From the NCBI GenBank assembly GCA_034428635.1, contig DAOUHR010000157.1, positions 1-63,495 on the forward strand: 63,495 nt of DNA, written 5' to 3'. Both the position numbers and the translations under genes were made by a program. This DNA is from Dehalococcoidia bacterium. Its GTDB lineage: Bacteria; Chloroflexota; Dehalococcoidia; Lucifugimonadales; UBA3495. Below are positions 9,283 through 18,712 of the stretch, one piece after another (within the stretch, counting starts at the first letter, position 1; each line of letters starts with the position of its first letter). Below the pieces are notes generated by a model that worked only from the letters and a program-made list of their open reading frames with translations, did no database searches and was not told the origin of the DNA.

Positions 9283-10074
9283 ATGTACATAACGCTGGAC
9301 GACGGTTGCCAACTCTTTTATAAAGTTGATGACTTTACCGACCCCTGGGTGGAACCCGAAACCGTGGTTCTTCACCACGGAATGGCGAAGAACCACAAGC
9401 TCTGGTATGCCTGGATTCCCATAATCGCCCGCCACTTTCGGGTGGTGCGGTTTGACATGCGAGGCATGGGGCAGTCTTCCGTTCCCGACCCGGGGTACCC
9501 TTGGTCCGTGGATAACTTCGCCGCAGACTTGAAGCAGTTCCTGGACAAGCTCGAGCTGGACAGGGTGCATCTCGTTGGCGAAACGGTGGGTGGGTCTATA
9601 TCCATGAGATTTGCCACCTTGCACCAGGAAAGGCTGAACACCCTGACCGCCTGCACATCTCCCACCAGCTTCAACGATCCCCATCACGCGGAAAGCGCCG
9701 ACCTGATTGAGCGGGAAGGCGTATCAGCCTGGGTCGAGAACACCATAGGACGGCGACTGGATCCCCAGATTGTTCCCCCTGAATATACCCGTTGGTACGC
9801 TGCCCAGATGTCGGCGACCCCGGCCCACGTGGTCGGAGGCTTCCAGCGCAACGCCGCCGGCGATCTTCGCCCGTTGTTGCCAGAGGTGAAGACGCCGACG
9901 CTGATTCTGGCCGCTGCCAGCCTGCGGGAAGAGGTTCTGGGAGACTTCCGGGACGCGGCTGATATCCTCCCCAACGGGAGAAGAGTAGTGTTTCCCGGTG
10001 TTTATGGCTTTGTCCAGCACGTACTGCCGGTTCCTTGCGCACGGGTCTGGCTGGACTTTGCCCAACAACAATGA
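9283..10074 (+). CDS. Alpha/beta hydrolase, PcaD-like, atypical nucleophile elbow GETVG
   Basis: VVLHHG, VVRFDMRGMGQS, HLVGETVGG, PTLILA. Confidence 0.8.
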   Translation: MYITLDDGCQLFYKVDDFTDPWVEPETVVLHHGMAKNHKLWYAWIPIIARHFRVVRFDMRGMGQSSVPDPGYPWSVDNFAADLKQFLDKLELDRVHLVGETVGGSISMRFATLHQERLNTLTACTSPTSFNDPHHAESADLIEREGVSAWVENTIGRRLDPQIVPPEYTRWYAAQMSATPAHVVGGFQRNAAGDLRPLLPEVKTPTLILAAASLREEVLGDFRDAADILPNGRRVVFPGVYGFVQHVLPVPCARVWLDFAQQQ

Positions 10075-10101
10075 ATGAGCTTAAGTAGAGGGCGCTAAAC
10101 C

Positions 10102-11520
10102 ATGGCAGACTCATTGAGCCGCATCCTGGCTCGCTTCGTGGACAACCTGCAGTTCGAAAACCTTCCCCCGGAAGTTCCTGACAAGATCAAGACTTCCTTG
10201 CTCCACGGCTTGCTCGGCGCCTTCCTGGGCGCGGAGACCGAGCACGCCAAGTCATCCATTGAACTGGTCAAGCTGGAGGAAGGGCGAGCCGATGGCGCCA
10301 CTATCCTGGTAGACGGAGCCAAGGCAACCCGCTGCGGCGCCGCCTTTGCCAACAGCAAAATGATGCATGCCACCAACCAGTCCGACTCGTACCGGATGCT
10401 GATTCATCCCGGCCCGTGCATCATCCCCGCGGCCCTGGCCACCGCCCAGATCGAGCGCCGGGCGGGCCGGGAACTGGTAACCGCACTGGCCGCCGGGTAT
10501 GAAGTGGAAGCCAGGATCGCCGGCGATTTCATACCCTCAACCCAGGCACGCGGATTCCGCTCCAGCCCCGTGTACGGTACGTTGGGAGCGGCCGTGACCA
10601 CGGCCAAGCTGCTGCGCCTGAACGTTGACCAGCTTGTCACCACCATGGCGCTGGCGTGTACCTTTACCGGTGGCACCACCGAGGGACCCCGTTCCGGCGG
10701 CCGGGAAATGTTGTTCCACGAACCCAACGCCACCCGCAACGGCATAATGGCGGCCCTGCTGGCCCGGGAGCACGTCCGTGGCTCGGAAACGGCGCTGGAA
10801 GGAGCAGCAGGTTTCTACAATGCCTTCACCGGCAACAACCGGGGCGATCTGTCCTACGTGTTCAGCGGCCCCGAGCATGTGTCTCTTGAATCGGTGGTGG
10901 CCGATCTGGGCGAGCGATGGGAGTTGCTTCACGTTACACCCAAACTATACCCCACGGCCGGTTATAACTGCCCCGTGATTGAGCTGATGTCCGAAATCAG
11001 GGCGACCCACAACCTGCCGATTGACGAAATCGAAAAAATCACAGTGGACATGAGCTGGCTGGAGACCACCTATCCATCGCCGGCGTTCCCCAACCCTGAG
11101 CGCAGCGCTGACGCCCCTGCCGTGGGCAGCACCCACTATTTCACCGCCTATACGTGCGTCCACGGCAGTTATCCGCCCCTGCGCCACCGGATAGACCCGG
11201 GTGATGGCGCTAACGACGATGATTCAGCCGTAATGGGGCTCATGAAAAAGGTCGAAGTTGTCGGTCACCAAAACCGGCAGGCCTTTGCTCCCCGGATTAC
11301 CGTGGCCCTGGAGGGCGGGACCGAGTATATGGGCGAATACCAGGGCAACGAGCTGGAATGGAACCTTTCCATGGAACTGCGGCGGGTAAGGCCTCTATTT
11401 GACGACATGCCCTGGCCGAAAGAAAAGCTGGAGAACGTTGCCCAGATAGTTTCCGGGCTCGAAATTGAACAGAGAATGGATCACTTAATAGCGCAGTGTG
11501 TCAAAATAGACATCATGTAA
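10102..11520 (+). CDS. MmgE/PrpD family protein
   Basis: FVDNLQFENLPPEV, AAFANS...DSY...HPG, AAGYEV, ALEGAAGF, KLYPTAGY. Confidence 0.88.
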   Translation: MADSLSRILARFVDNLQFENLPPEVPDKIKTSLLHGLLGAFLGAETEHAKSSIELVKLEEGRADGATILVDGAKATRCGAAFANSKMMHATNQSDSYRMLIHPGPCIIPAALATAQIERRAGRELVTALAAGYEVEARIAGDFIPSTQARGFRSSPVYGTLGAAVTTAKLLRLNVDQLVTTMALACTFTGGTTEGPRSGGREMLFHEPNATRNGIMAALLAREHVRGSETALEGAAGFYNAFTGNNRGDLSYVFSGPEHVSLESVVADLGERWELLHVTPKLYPTAGYNCPVIELMSEIRATHNLPIDEIEKITVDMSWLETTYPSPAFPNPERSADAPAVGSTHYFTAYTCVHGSYPPLRHRIDPGDGANDDDSAVMGLMKKVEVVGHQNRQAFAPRITVALEGGTEYMGEYQGNELEWNLSMELRRVRPLFDDMPWPKEKLENVAQIVSGLEIEQRMDHLIAQCVKIDIM

Positions 11521-11621
11521 ATGGATGCTGCCCTGCCGGTACCACTACTGGCAGGCAATTCCCACCGAACCCTCGACAGCCTCTCTTGTGGCTCTAAGAG
11601 TCTTACTCCCATCATAAGTTT

Positions 11622-12590
11622 GTGCGCTCTGAACAACCTGACATAAACCACTGTTTCAGATGCCATCTTTCCGGTTTTCTGCCGTTAACGGTGGTTTTGC
11701 TGGTCTGTCTGGCGGCTCTTGGGTGCTTTGCTCCCAGGTCCGGCGATCAGGCGGCCCAACTGGGCGGGCCGGAATTTAGCGCGCTGATGGTGAGTTCAGA
11801 CCTGGCGCAGGGAATTAACCGGGTGGCTTTCGCCCTGGTGGACCGGAACAATGTTCCGGTGGGCGCCAGCGAAGCCAGCGTCATTCCCAGGTACACCCCA
11901 CAGGGAGCGCAGGAGCCTCAGCAAAGGGAGGCGTTGACGGCAACCTTCCTGCTCTGGCCTCCGGAAGGAAGTGGCCGGGGCGTATTCATAACAACTGTGA
12001 ATTTCGATGTGCCCGGAGAAGCAACCGCGGAAAACCCCGGCCTGTGGGAATTGCAAATATCGGCTGATACCCCCGATGGCCGGCTGGTCGAGGCTGTTAC
12101 TGCCGTTCGCGTTGCCGCTCAGCAGTCAACACCGGCCATCGGCGCCGCCGCTCCGCGCAGCGTGACGCCCACGGCGGACCAGGCGCCCGACCTGGCCCAC
12201 ATCACCAGCGCCTTCGAACCCGATCCGGAGTTCTACCAGCTTTCAGTTCATGAGGCATTGGACCAACCCAAGCCCCTGTTGGTCCTGTTTTCCACACCGG
12301 CGTTCTGCGTCAGCGCCACCTGCGGGCCCCAGCTGGATATCCTGGGCCAAATGAAGGAACGGTACCGCGGCCGCGTAAACTTCATCCACGTGGAGGTATT
12401 CGAAGACCCCCACCTGATAGAAGGGAACCGCTTTAATGCCAGCCAGGTACCCGCAGTGGATGAGTGGGGCCTGCCGACGGAGCCCTGGACCTTTCTCGTG
12501 GACGGCGACGGACTGGTCCGGGCCAAGTTTGAGCAGTTCACGCCCCGGGAAGCTCTGGAGGCGGCTCTGGAGGAAGTGCTGAAGGGATAA
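11622..12590 (+). CDS. Lipoprotein with C-terminal thioredoxin-like fold (CX4C motif)
   Basis: Signal/lipobox LAALGC; KPLLVLFSTPAFCVSATCGPQ, VNFIHVEV, EWGLPTEPWTFLVDGDG.VRAKFE. True start may be slightly downstream of the GTG. Confidence 0.65.
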   Translation: MRSEQPDINHCFRCHLSGFLPLTVVLLVCLAALGCFAPRSGDQAAQLGGPEFSALMVSSDLAQGINRVAFALVDRNNVPVGASEASVIPRYTPQGAQEPQQREALTATFLLWPPEGSGRGVFITTVNFDVPGEATAENPGLWELQISADTPDGRLVEAVTAVRVAAQQSTPAIGAAAPRSVTPTADQAPDLAHITSAFEPDPEFYQLSVHEALDQPKPLLVLFSTPAFCVSATCGPQLDILGQMKERYRGRVNFIHVEVFEDPHLIEGNRFNASQVPAVDEWGLPTEPWTFLVDGDGLVRAKFEQFTPREALEAALEEVLKG

Positions 12591-12597
12591 GGTCTGG

Positions 12598-12906
12598 TCA
12601 GTCTTCCAGACTTATCGCCACCAGAAGATCCCCTCGCTTTTCGTAAGTTACCAGCAGTGTCTGTCCGAGGAACTGGTGTTCGCGGACGTGGGAAGGGGTG
12701 AATCCCACAAACCCCTCCGTCTCGAAGGTATACAGACGCCCCTCTTCATCCCGTATCTTTAGCAACTCCAGTTCTGAAAAGTTCCTCGGTACGACCTCAA
12801 CCACCTGGCCTCTGACCTGCAGGGCGCCATCGGTACCGCAGCCCGCCGCCATGACCAGCATCGTCGCCAGGGTCGCTAAGAAGACCGCCATCATTGAATG
12901 ATTCAT
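12598..12906 (-). CDS. Small lipoprotein with H-x3-H motif, function unknown
   Basis: C-terminal part of the 12598..13425 ORF (MNHSMMAVFLATLATMLVMAAGC...GFTPSHVREHQFLG...). Lipobox MAAGC; beta-rich. Confidence 0.6.
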   Translation of the reverse strand: MNHSMMAVFLATLATMLVMAAGCGTDGALQVRGQVVEVVPRNFSELELLKIRDEEGRLYTFETEGFVGFTPSHVREHQFLGQTLLVTYEKRGDLLVAISLED

Positions 12907-12968
12907 GCCGTTCCGGGGATGGGGCAATTGGGGACAGGTCGAAAAGCCACAATTGAGATAGGTGTCTG

Positions 12969-14147
12969 CTAGCTGAACCGGAAGACTCGGACTGCAACCA
13001 CTGCGGTTGCGGCCACCCAGCCGGCCAGCCAGGCCAGTTGCGGCCACACTTCCCAGGCAGTGGCGCCTTGCAGACCGATGTCCCGCATTGCGGTGATCAT
13101 TGGCGCCAGAGGGAGGGCATCGGCTGCATAGGGTAGCAGCCAGGGCAGGGCCGACGTCGAAAAGAAAGTGCCCGCGAAGAACATCATGGGCAGTGTCACC
13201 ACGTTGCCCATGCCCGAAGCCGCCGCCGGCGTATTTGCCCAGGCGGAGATAATGAACCCAAAGTTCAGGAAAACCGCGCTGCCCAGGAGTATCGCCGGCA
13301 GCATGTGGAGAACGTTTCCTTCTATCTGCGCCCCGAACAGGAAGACGCCCACCGCCAGAATGACCGCAGCCTGGACTACCGCCAGCAGCAGTTGCGCCGT
13401 TACCTCGGCAGCGAAGAATTTCCATATGGGCAGCGGGGTTACCAGCATCCGCTTCAGGATGGAAAGATTGCGGTAATTGCTGATTCGCACTGCGATGGAG
13501 ATAGTTCCATGGGTCATAATTCCCATTGCCACTAGTCCCAGCAATACCATCTCAAAATATGTGGCCGACTGGGTCGCCAGCCTCTCCGTCTGTACCATCT
13601 CCGCCATGGCCCCGACCGGCGCAGCCGCTGGTCGCTGGTTCTCCTCGTCCAGACCTGCAGCTTGTATAGTTGAGGAGATTTGTGCGCTCTGCCGCACCAT
13701 GCCAATTACCAGCTGATTCCTCTCTTCGCTTTCGCCCCCCAATAGCAAGGTTACTGGAACAACCCGGTCGGCCGATGAGCTCGGGAGGCCCTCCTGCCCG
13801 GAGGATTGGACCTCAAAGTCGGCTGAACTTGTGCCGAAGTCCGGCGGGATTGACAGCAGAAAGTCGAGGTCCCCGTCGGCGACCAGGCGTCGTCCCTCGT
13901 CAAGGCTTGAAGGCTGTTCCTGTCGGTCCAGTAGTCCCTTCGCTTCCAGTTCGGCAAACGACTCGACCAACAGGAGGGAGGCCGGAGTTCTTGCAGAATC
14001 AATAACGGCGATATTTGACGAAGCTGTCGCGGTAAAGTCAAAAAGTCCAAAAACGACTACCAGAACCAGCGGAAAGAACAAGGCCCAAAAAGTAGTCTGC
14101 CGGTTCCTGACCATCATCTTCAGGTTGGCAATGGTAAGGGCAAGCAC
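12969..14147 (-). CDS. ABC-2 type transporter permease
   Basis: RNRQTTFWALFFP, ILKRMLVTPL, LPMMFFAGTFF, six-TM pattern with a large extracytoplasmic loop. Confidence 0.88.
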   Translation of the reverse strand: MLALTIANLKMMVRNRQTTFWALFFPLVLVVVFGLFDFTATASSNIAVIDSARTPASLLLVESFAELEAKGLLDRQEQPSSLDEGRRLVADGDLDFLLSIPPDFGTSSADFEVQSSGQEGLPSSSADRVVPVTLLLGGESEERNQLVIGMVRQSAQISSTIQAAGLDEENQRPAAAPVGAMAEMVQTERLATQSATYFEMVLLGLVAMGIMTHGTISIAVRISNYRNLSILKRMLVTPLPIWKFFAAEVTAQLLLAVVQAAVILAVGVFLFGAQIEGNVLHMLPAILLGSAVFLNFGFIISAWANTPAAASGMGNVVTLPMMFFAGTFFSTSALPWLLPYAADALPLAPMITAMRDIGLQGATAWEVWPQLAWLAGWVAATAVVAVRVFRFS

Positions 14148-14149
14148 TG

Positions 14150-15097
14150 CTAGTCCCTCAGTTCGTTTCCGGTCAATTCCAGGAAGACGTCTTCCAGCGT
14201 GGCCGGCCTGATCTCCAGGTGTTTCAGGGAAATACCGCTGTTAACAATGCCGTCCATAGCCCGGTTCAGAGCCTCCGGGTTCCGGTCAAGTCGGAGAATG
14301 TAGGAGTTGGACATCTGGGCTTGCTCCCGCTCCCCGGAGTTTAGCCGTTCCACGTAGCCACCCTTCTGCAGGGCGTGGAGTTGGTCGTCGTCCAGGGGAC
14401 TCGCCGACTCCAATTTGACCGTATAGGTAGTTTCAATGCGGCTGATCAGTTCTCCGGGGGTATCGATTGCGACGATTTTGCCCCGGTCCATTATAGCCAG
14501 GCGCTGGCAGAGCAGTTCCGCTTCTTCCATGTAGTGGGTGGTCAACACTACTGTTACGTTGCGGGCGTGGATTGCCTGGATCAATTCCCAGAGGTTGTGG
14601 CGTGCTTGAGGATCCAGGCCGGTGGTTGGTTCATCCAGGATTACCAGATCCGGATCGTTGACCAGGCTGGCGGCCACGGTGAAGCGCTGAGATTGGCCGA
14701 TGGAAAGCTGGTTAATGCGGCTGTTGGCTCGGTCGGTCAGGCTTACCATCTCCAGCAGTTCCCGGGGGGGAATCCGCCTGGGGTAGAAGCTGCCCAGAAG
14801 GGTCAGAATTTCGTGGAGGGTCAGGAAGCCAAAATATGCAGAGGACTGGAGTTGGACGCCGGTGCGGGCTTTTATCCAGTTGGCGTCCTTCCGGATGTCC
14901 TTGCCCAGGACGTTAACCTGGCCTGCATCCGGTGTCTGCAGGCCCTCGATGATCTCCAGGGTAGTCGTCTTTCCTGCCCCGTTGGGGCCCAGGATGCCGA
15001 AAATCTCCCCGGCCTTCACATCAAAGGAAACGTCATCTACCGCGGTGAAACCGCCGTACCGTTTTGCCAGGCCTTCTACCCGAATCGCCTTTGACAT
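14150..15097 (-). CDS. ABC transporter ATP-binding protein (DrrA/NodI-like)
   Basis: GPNGAGKTT, LSIGQSQR, ILDEPTTGLD, TTHYMEEA. Start reassigned to ATG 15097 (MSKAIRVEGL). Confidence 0.92.
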   Translation of the reverse strand: MSKAIRVEGLAKRYGGFTAVDDVSFDVKAGEIFGILGPNGAGKTTTLEIIEGLQTPDAGQVNVLGKDIRKDANWIKARTGVQLQSSAYFGFLTLHEILTLLGSFYPRRIPPRELLEMVSLTDRANSRINQLSIGQSQRFTVAASLVNDPDLVILDEPTTGLDPQARHNLWELIQAIHARNVTVVLTTHYMEEAELLCQRLAIMDRGKIVAIDTPGELISRIETTYTVKLESASPLDDDQLHALQKGGYVERLNSGEREQAQMSNSYILRLDRNPEALNRAMDGIVNSGISLKHLEIRPATLEDVFLELTGNELRD

Positions 15098-15104
15098 GAT
15101 AGTA

Positions 15105-15122
15105 TGGTGAATTATATCACAA
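15105..15122. promoter_or_regulatory. Rex-like operator overlapping divergent promoters (ABC genes / ctaA)
   Basis: TGGTGAA-TTAT-ATCACAA matches the Rex consensus TTGTGAA-N4-TTCACAA at 12/14. It overlaps a minus-strand TGnTATAAT (15111-15119) and lies downstream of plus-strand TTGACA (15091-15096). Confidence 0.6.
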
Positions 15123-15143
15123 ACTTTTTGGGAGGCAGAAATA

Positions 15144-16286
15144 ATGCCCCCGTCGGGTTCCGGGGACTCGCCCGAAAGCGGTGACAGTTCCGGCGATAGT
15201 ATCATCTACACCAACGATTACGTTATCCTGACCAATGGTGAAAGGAGGCCCGGGCGGTGGCTGCGGCGGTTTGCCCTGGCTTCGGTGTTTGCTACCTTTG
15301 CCCTCATAGTTTTGGGCGGCATAGTTCGGGTAACCGGGTCGGGCCTGGGTTGCGGCGGCGAGTGGCCGCTGTGCGATGGCAGCCTCATTCCACCGCTGAC
15401 CAAGGAAGACATTATTGAATACAGCCACCGGCTTATGGCATCGGGCATAGTTGGTCCCCTGGTTGCTGGCACTTTTCTTATTGCCCTGTTCCGGTACCGG
15501 CGCGTCCGTGCCGTACTCATTCCCTCGGGCATATCGCTTGTTCTGCTGCTGGCCCAGGCCGGTCTGGGCGGCGTGACGGTATTGACCGAACTGCCCGGCC
15601 ACGTGGTCGCGGCCCACATGGCGCTGGCTCAGGCCCTGCTGGCGTGCCTCATACTGGTGGCCGTGGCATCCTTCAACCTCAAGCCGTCCGAATTGCAGCA
15701 GACTCCCACGGGCGACACCCAAATTTCTGCTCAACCTGAGGCGGCAGCGCCGGGACGTCCCAACCGCTTCCCCCTCCTTGCGGGAATAGCAGCCATTGCC
15801 ACTTATCTCCTGCTGCTATCCGGCTCCTACGTTACTGCCACACCGGGCGCGCTGGCCGCCTGTCCCAACTGGCCCCTGTGCGATGGTTCCGGTTCTCTCT
15901 GGCCCTCCAACAGCTTGGAAGCCATTCACATGCTGCACCGGGTTGTGGCCGCTGCGGTAGGAGTCCTCTTGCTGTACACTTTGCACCGGGGACGCCGGTT
16001 AGGCATGGAACGGATTGGTTCCGGCGGAACGATTTTGATGATCTTTTCTTACCTGGGCATCGTTGTCTTCCTTACCCAGGTGTTCATTGGCGCAGTAGCC
16101 ATCTGGACCCACTTTCCTGTTTCCATCCGCGCCTCCCACATTGGCCTGGCGACAGCGGTTTGGGGGATAATGGTTGTCGTAGCGCTGGTAAGCTATCTAC
16201 GTGTATCCGATGACCAGTTGGTGTTAAGCAAAGCCCGCGTGCCACGGGGTTCGGCGCCTGCCTCGGCCCCGCAGGAAACGGACTAA
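15144..16286 (+). CDS. ctaA: Heme A synthase (COX15/CtaA)
   Basis: GGIVRVTGSGLGCGGEWPLC, IEYSHR, AQAGLGGVTV, HMALA, second C..WPLC and HMLHR. Confidence 0.93.
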   Translation: MPPSGSGDSPESGDSSGDSIIYTNDYVILTNGERRPGRWLRRFALASVFATFALIVLGGIVRVTGSGLGCGGEWPLCDGSLIPPLTKEDIIEYSHRLMASGIVGPLVAGTFLIALFRYRRVRAVLIPSGISLVLLLAQAGLGGVTVLTELPGHVVAAHMALAQALLACLILVAVASFNLKPSELQQTPTGDTQISAQPEAAAPGRPNRFPLLAGIAAIATYLLLLSGSYVTATPGALAACPNWPLCDGSGSLWPSNSLEAIHMLHRVVAAAVGVLLLYTLHRGRRLGMERIGSGGTILMIFSYLGIVVFLTQVFIGAVAIWTHFPVSIRASHIGLATAVWGIMVVVALVSYLRVSDDQLVLSKARVPRGSAPASAPQETD

Positions 16287-16316
16287 CTTAGTCCCCGGAG
16301 CATCAAGGGAATTACT

Positions 16317-17270
16317 ATGACGGAACAGCAAGCGGCAGTTGAGATTAGCCCCCCTGAAACCGAGGTTCAAGCTGAGGGTCGGCGAACTCCCATGACCGTG
16401 ATCAATGACTACATTACCCTGACAAAGCCACCGATCATTCTGCTGCTTTTGGTTACGGCGGCAGGCGGCATGTTCCTGGCCCAGGCCCAGACGGCCTCCG
16501 GTGGCCTGCCATCGCTATGGTTGATGGTGCTGGTTTGGGGGGGCGGGGCCCTTGCTTCCGGCGGTGCCAACGCCCTGAACCACCACTACGACCGGGATAT
16601 AGACGGTATTATGCAGCGCACCCGGCAGCGTCCGGTTGCCAGCAACCGCATATCTCCGGTCCATGCCCTGATCTTCGGCATTGTCCTCAACGTAGTCGCC
16701 TTTGTGGTGCTGGCCCTGTGGGTCAACTGGCTGGCGGCTGGTCTGACCCTTGCCGCTACCCTCTTCTACGTGCTGGTGTACACCCGCTGGCTGAAGCGCA
16801 CCACCCCCCACAACATCGTTATCGGCGGGGCCGCAGGCGCCATCCCGCCCATGGTGGGCTGGGCTGCGGTAACTGGCACTGTTGAATTGCCGGCAGTCTA
16901 CCTGTTCGCCATAGTTTTCTTCTGGACGCCGCCCCACTTCTGGGCGCTCTCCCTGCTCATTCACCGGGACTACGAGCGGGCAAGCGTGCCCATGCTGCCT
17001 GTGGTGTCGTCGCGGGACTTTACCGTGTCTACGATATTCCTCTACAGCCTGGTGCTGGTAGGGGTAACCCTGATGTTCGCCGTTACAGACGCCGTGGGCT
17101 GGATCTTTGGTGCGTCCGCCCTGGCGCTGGGGGGAATATTCATCTGGATGGCGTGGCGCTTGCGGCAGGAAGAGAACTCCGCCAATGCCAGGAAACTCTA
17201 CCTGTACTCCCTGCTTTATTTGGGATTGCTGTTCGTCGCGGTAATGGTGGGGGCCGCCACCGGCTATTAG
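16317..17270 (+). CDS. ctaB: Protoheme IX farnesyltransferase (heme O synthase)
   Basis: LTKPPI, LNHHYDRDIDGIMQRTRQRP, LKRTTPHNIVIGGAAGAIPP, FFWTPPHFWAL. Confidence 0.95.
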   Translation: MTEQQAAVEISPPETEVQAEGRRTPMTVINDYITLTKPPIILLLLVTAAGGMFLAQAQTASGGLPSLWLMVLVWGGGALASGGANALNHHYDRDIDGIMQRTRQRPVASNRISPVHALIFGIVLNVVAFVVLALWVNWLAAGLTLAATLFYVLVYTRWLKRTTPHNIVIGGAAGAIPPMVGWAAVTGTVELPAVYLFAIVFFWTPPHFWALSLLIHRDYERASVPMLPVVSSRDFTVSTIFLYSLVLVGVTLMFAVTDAVGWIFGASALALGGIFIWMAWRLRQEENSANARKLYLYSLLYLGLLFVAVMVGAATGY

Positions 17271-17367
17271 TACTGTATACGGTGTTGCGTTCCGAACGAC
17301 CGCTTTCGGCGTTTACACTCCGTCGCGCCGTCAGATTCAAGATAGGCCCGAACGGGTACAGTTTCCG

Positions 17368-17396
17368 TTGACACTGCCTGGAGCCTGTGGTAATGT
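17368..17396 (+). promoter_or_regulatory. Sigma70-type promoter of the oxidase structural operon
   Basis: TTGACA (17368-17373), 17 nt spacer, TAATGT (17391-17396). Confidence 0.6.
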
Positions 17397-17403
17397 CTTG
17401 CAT

Positions 17404-17421
17404 TAGTGAAATTTTGCACAT
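17404..17421. promoter_or_regulatory. Rex-like operator just downstream of the coxB promoter
   Basis: TAGTGAA-ATTT-TGCACAT, 11/14 match to TTGTGAA-N4-TTCACAA, at the expected transcription start. Confidence 0.5.
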
Positions 17422-17541
17422 ACTCCGCGCTTGAGTGCACGGCGAAGTAAGAAAGGGAGTTGGCAAATGGGGCTTTTGCCCTTCCGAGGCGCAGATTCCC
17501 AGACCCTTCGGGCCGGGGATAAAAAAGGCAAGACCACACTT

Positions 17542-18660
17542 ATGTCCAAGCGGTTAACCTTCTCACGGAAACACCTCTTCCTACTGGGTTTCACGGCCAT
17601 CCCCTTCCTGGTTATGGCCTGCGCCCCGGATGCCAGGCAGTCCACTTTCGGCACATCCGGTCCTGTAGCTGAGAAACAGCTACTGCTGTTTAACGTTCTC
17701 CTCTGGGTAATGGTCGTCGTTTTTGTCCTGGTAGAGGGCGTCCTGCTCTACGCCGTCATCAAGTTCCGGCGTAGGCCCGGGCAAAACGAGCTTCCTCCCC
17801 AGACTCACGGTCACACTGCCCTGGAAATCACGTGGACCATTGTTCCTACGATTCTTATCCTGGCTCTGGGTATCTGGTCTGCAGTTACCCTTTTTGATCT
17901 TGACCAGCCGCCCTCCGGCGCCGATACGCTGCAGGTAACTGCTGTCGGCCATCAATGGTGGTGGGAGTTCGAATATCCTGACGCCGATGGCAATGGCAAG
18001 TACATAAGCACGGCCAATGAACTCCGGGTGCCGGTTGACCGGGCCGTCAGAGTAGACCTGCGAAGTGACGACGTAATCCACAGTTTCTGGATTCCCAAGC
18101 TGGCAGGCAAAATTGATATGGTCCCTACCCGTGAGAACTACATGTGGTTCCAGGCTGATGAGACCGGCACATTTTATGGCCAGTGTGCAGAATTCTGTGG
18201 TACTGCCCATGCCCAGATGAAATTCCTTGTCCAGGTGTTGCCTCAGGAAGACTATCTCGCCTGGGCGGAGAGCTTTGGCGAAGTCCCGGTCCTTTCAGCC
18301 AAGGCCCAGGCGGGACAGGCGGTGTTTAATGGCACCGGCGGATGCGTTGTTTGCCATACCGCCACCGGGTCCGATGACCCCGCAGTTGTTGCCAGCCGAG
18401 TCCAGAGCTTCCTGACTACTGAGACGGGTATTGCTCCGGGCCCCAATCTGACCGACCTGGCCACCCGCGAACGATTTGGCGCTGGCCTGGTGGATTTGAA
18501 CCGGCAGAACCTGCGCCAGTGGATAAAGAACCCTGAAGACGTCAAACCTGGAAATCATATGTCCGGCAGGGCCGCCATTTACCAGAATTCAGACGGGCAG
18601 GCCAGCCTGAGTGAAACCGAGATTTCCTCCTTGCTGGAATACTTGCTTAGCTTAAAGTAA
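17542..18660 (+). CDS. coxB: Cytochrome c oxidase subunit II with fused C-terminal cytochrome c (caa3 type), lipoprotein
   Basis: Start reassigned to ATG 17542 (MSKRLTF..LVMAC lipobox). GHQWWW, DVIHSFW, CuA motif CAEFCGTAHAQM, heme c CVVCH with distal PGNHM. Confidence 0.95.
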   Translation: MSKRLTFSRKHLFLLGFTAIPFLVMACAPDARQSTFGTSGPVAEKQLLLFNVLLWVMVVVFVLVEGVLLYAVIKFRRRPGQNELPPQTHGHTALEITWTIVPTILILALGIWSAVTLFDLDQPPSGADTLQVTAVGHQWWWEFEYPDADGNGKYISTANELRVPVDRAVRVDLRSDDVIHSFWIPKLAGKIDMVPTRENYMWFQADETGTFYGQCAEFCGTAHAQMKFLVQVLPQEDYLAWAESFGEVPVLSAKAQAGQAVFNGTGGCVVCHTATGSDDPAVVASRVQSFLTTETGIAPGPNLTDLATRERFGAGLVDLNRQNLRQWIKNPEDVKPGNHMSGRAAIYQNSDGQASLSETEISSLLEYLLSLK

Positions 18661-18712
18661 ACTTGATTAACAAGGTAACCAATAGGGTGGAACGGAGCCG
18701 CGGAGGCATCAA

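Noticed and set aside
15098-15205. Extended N-terminus of the ABC ATPase overlapping ctaA
   Set aside because: It would overlap ctaA head-to-head; a perfect extended -10 just upstream of ATG 15097 supports the shorter start.
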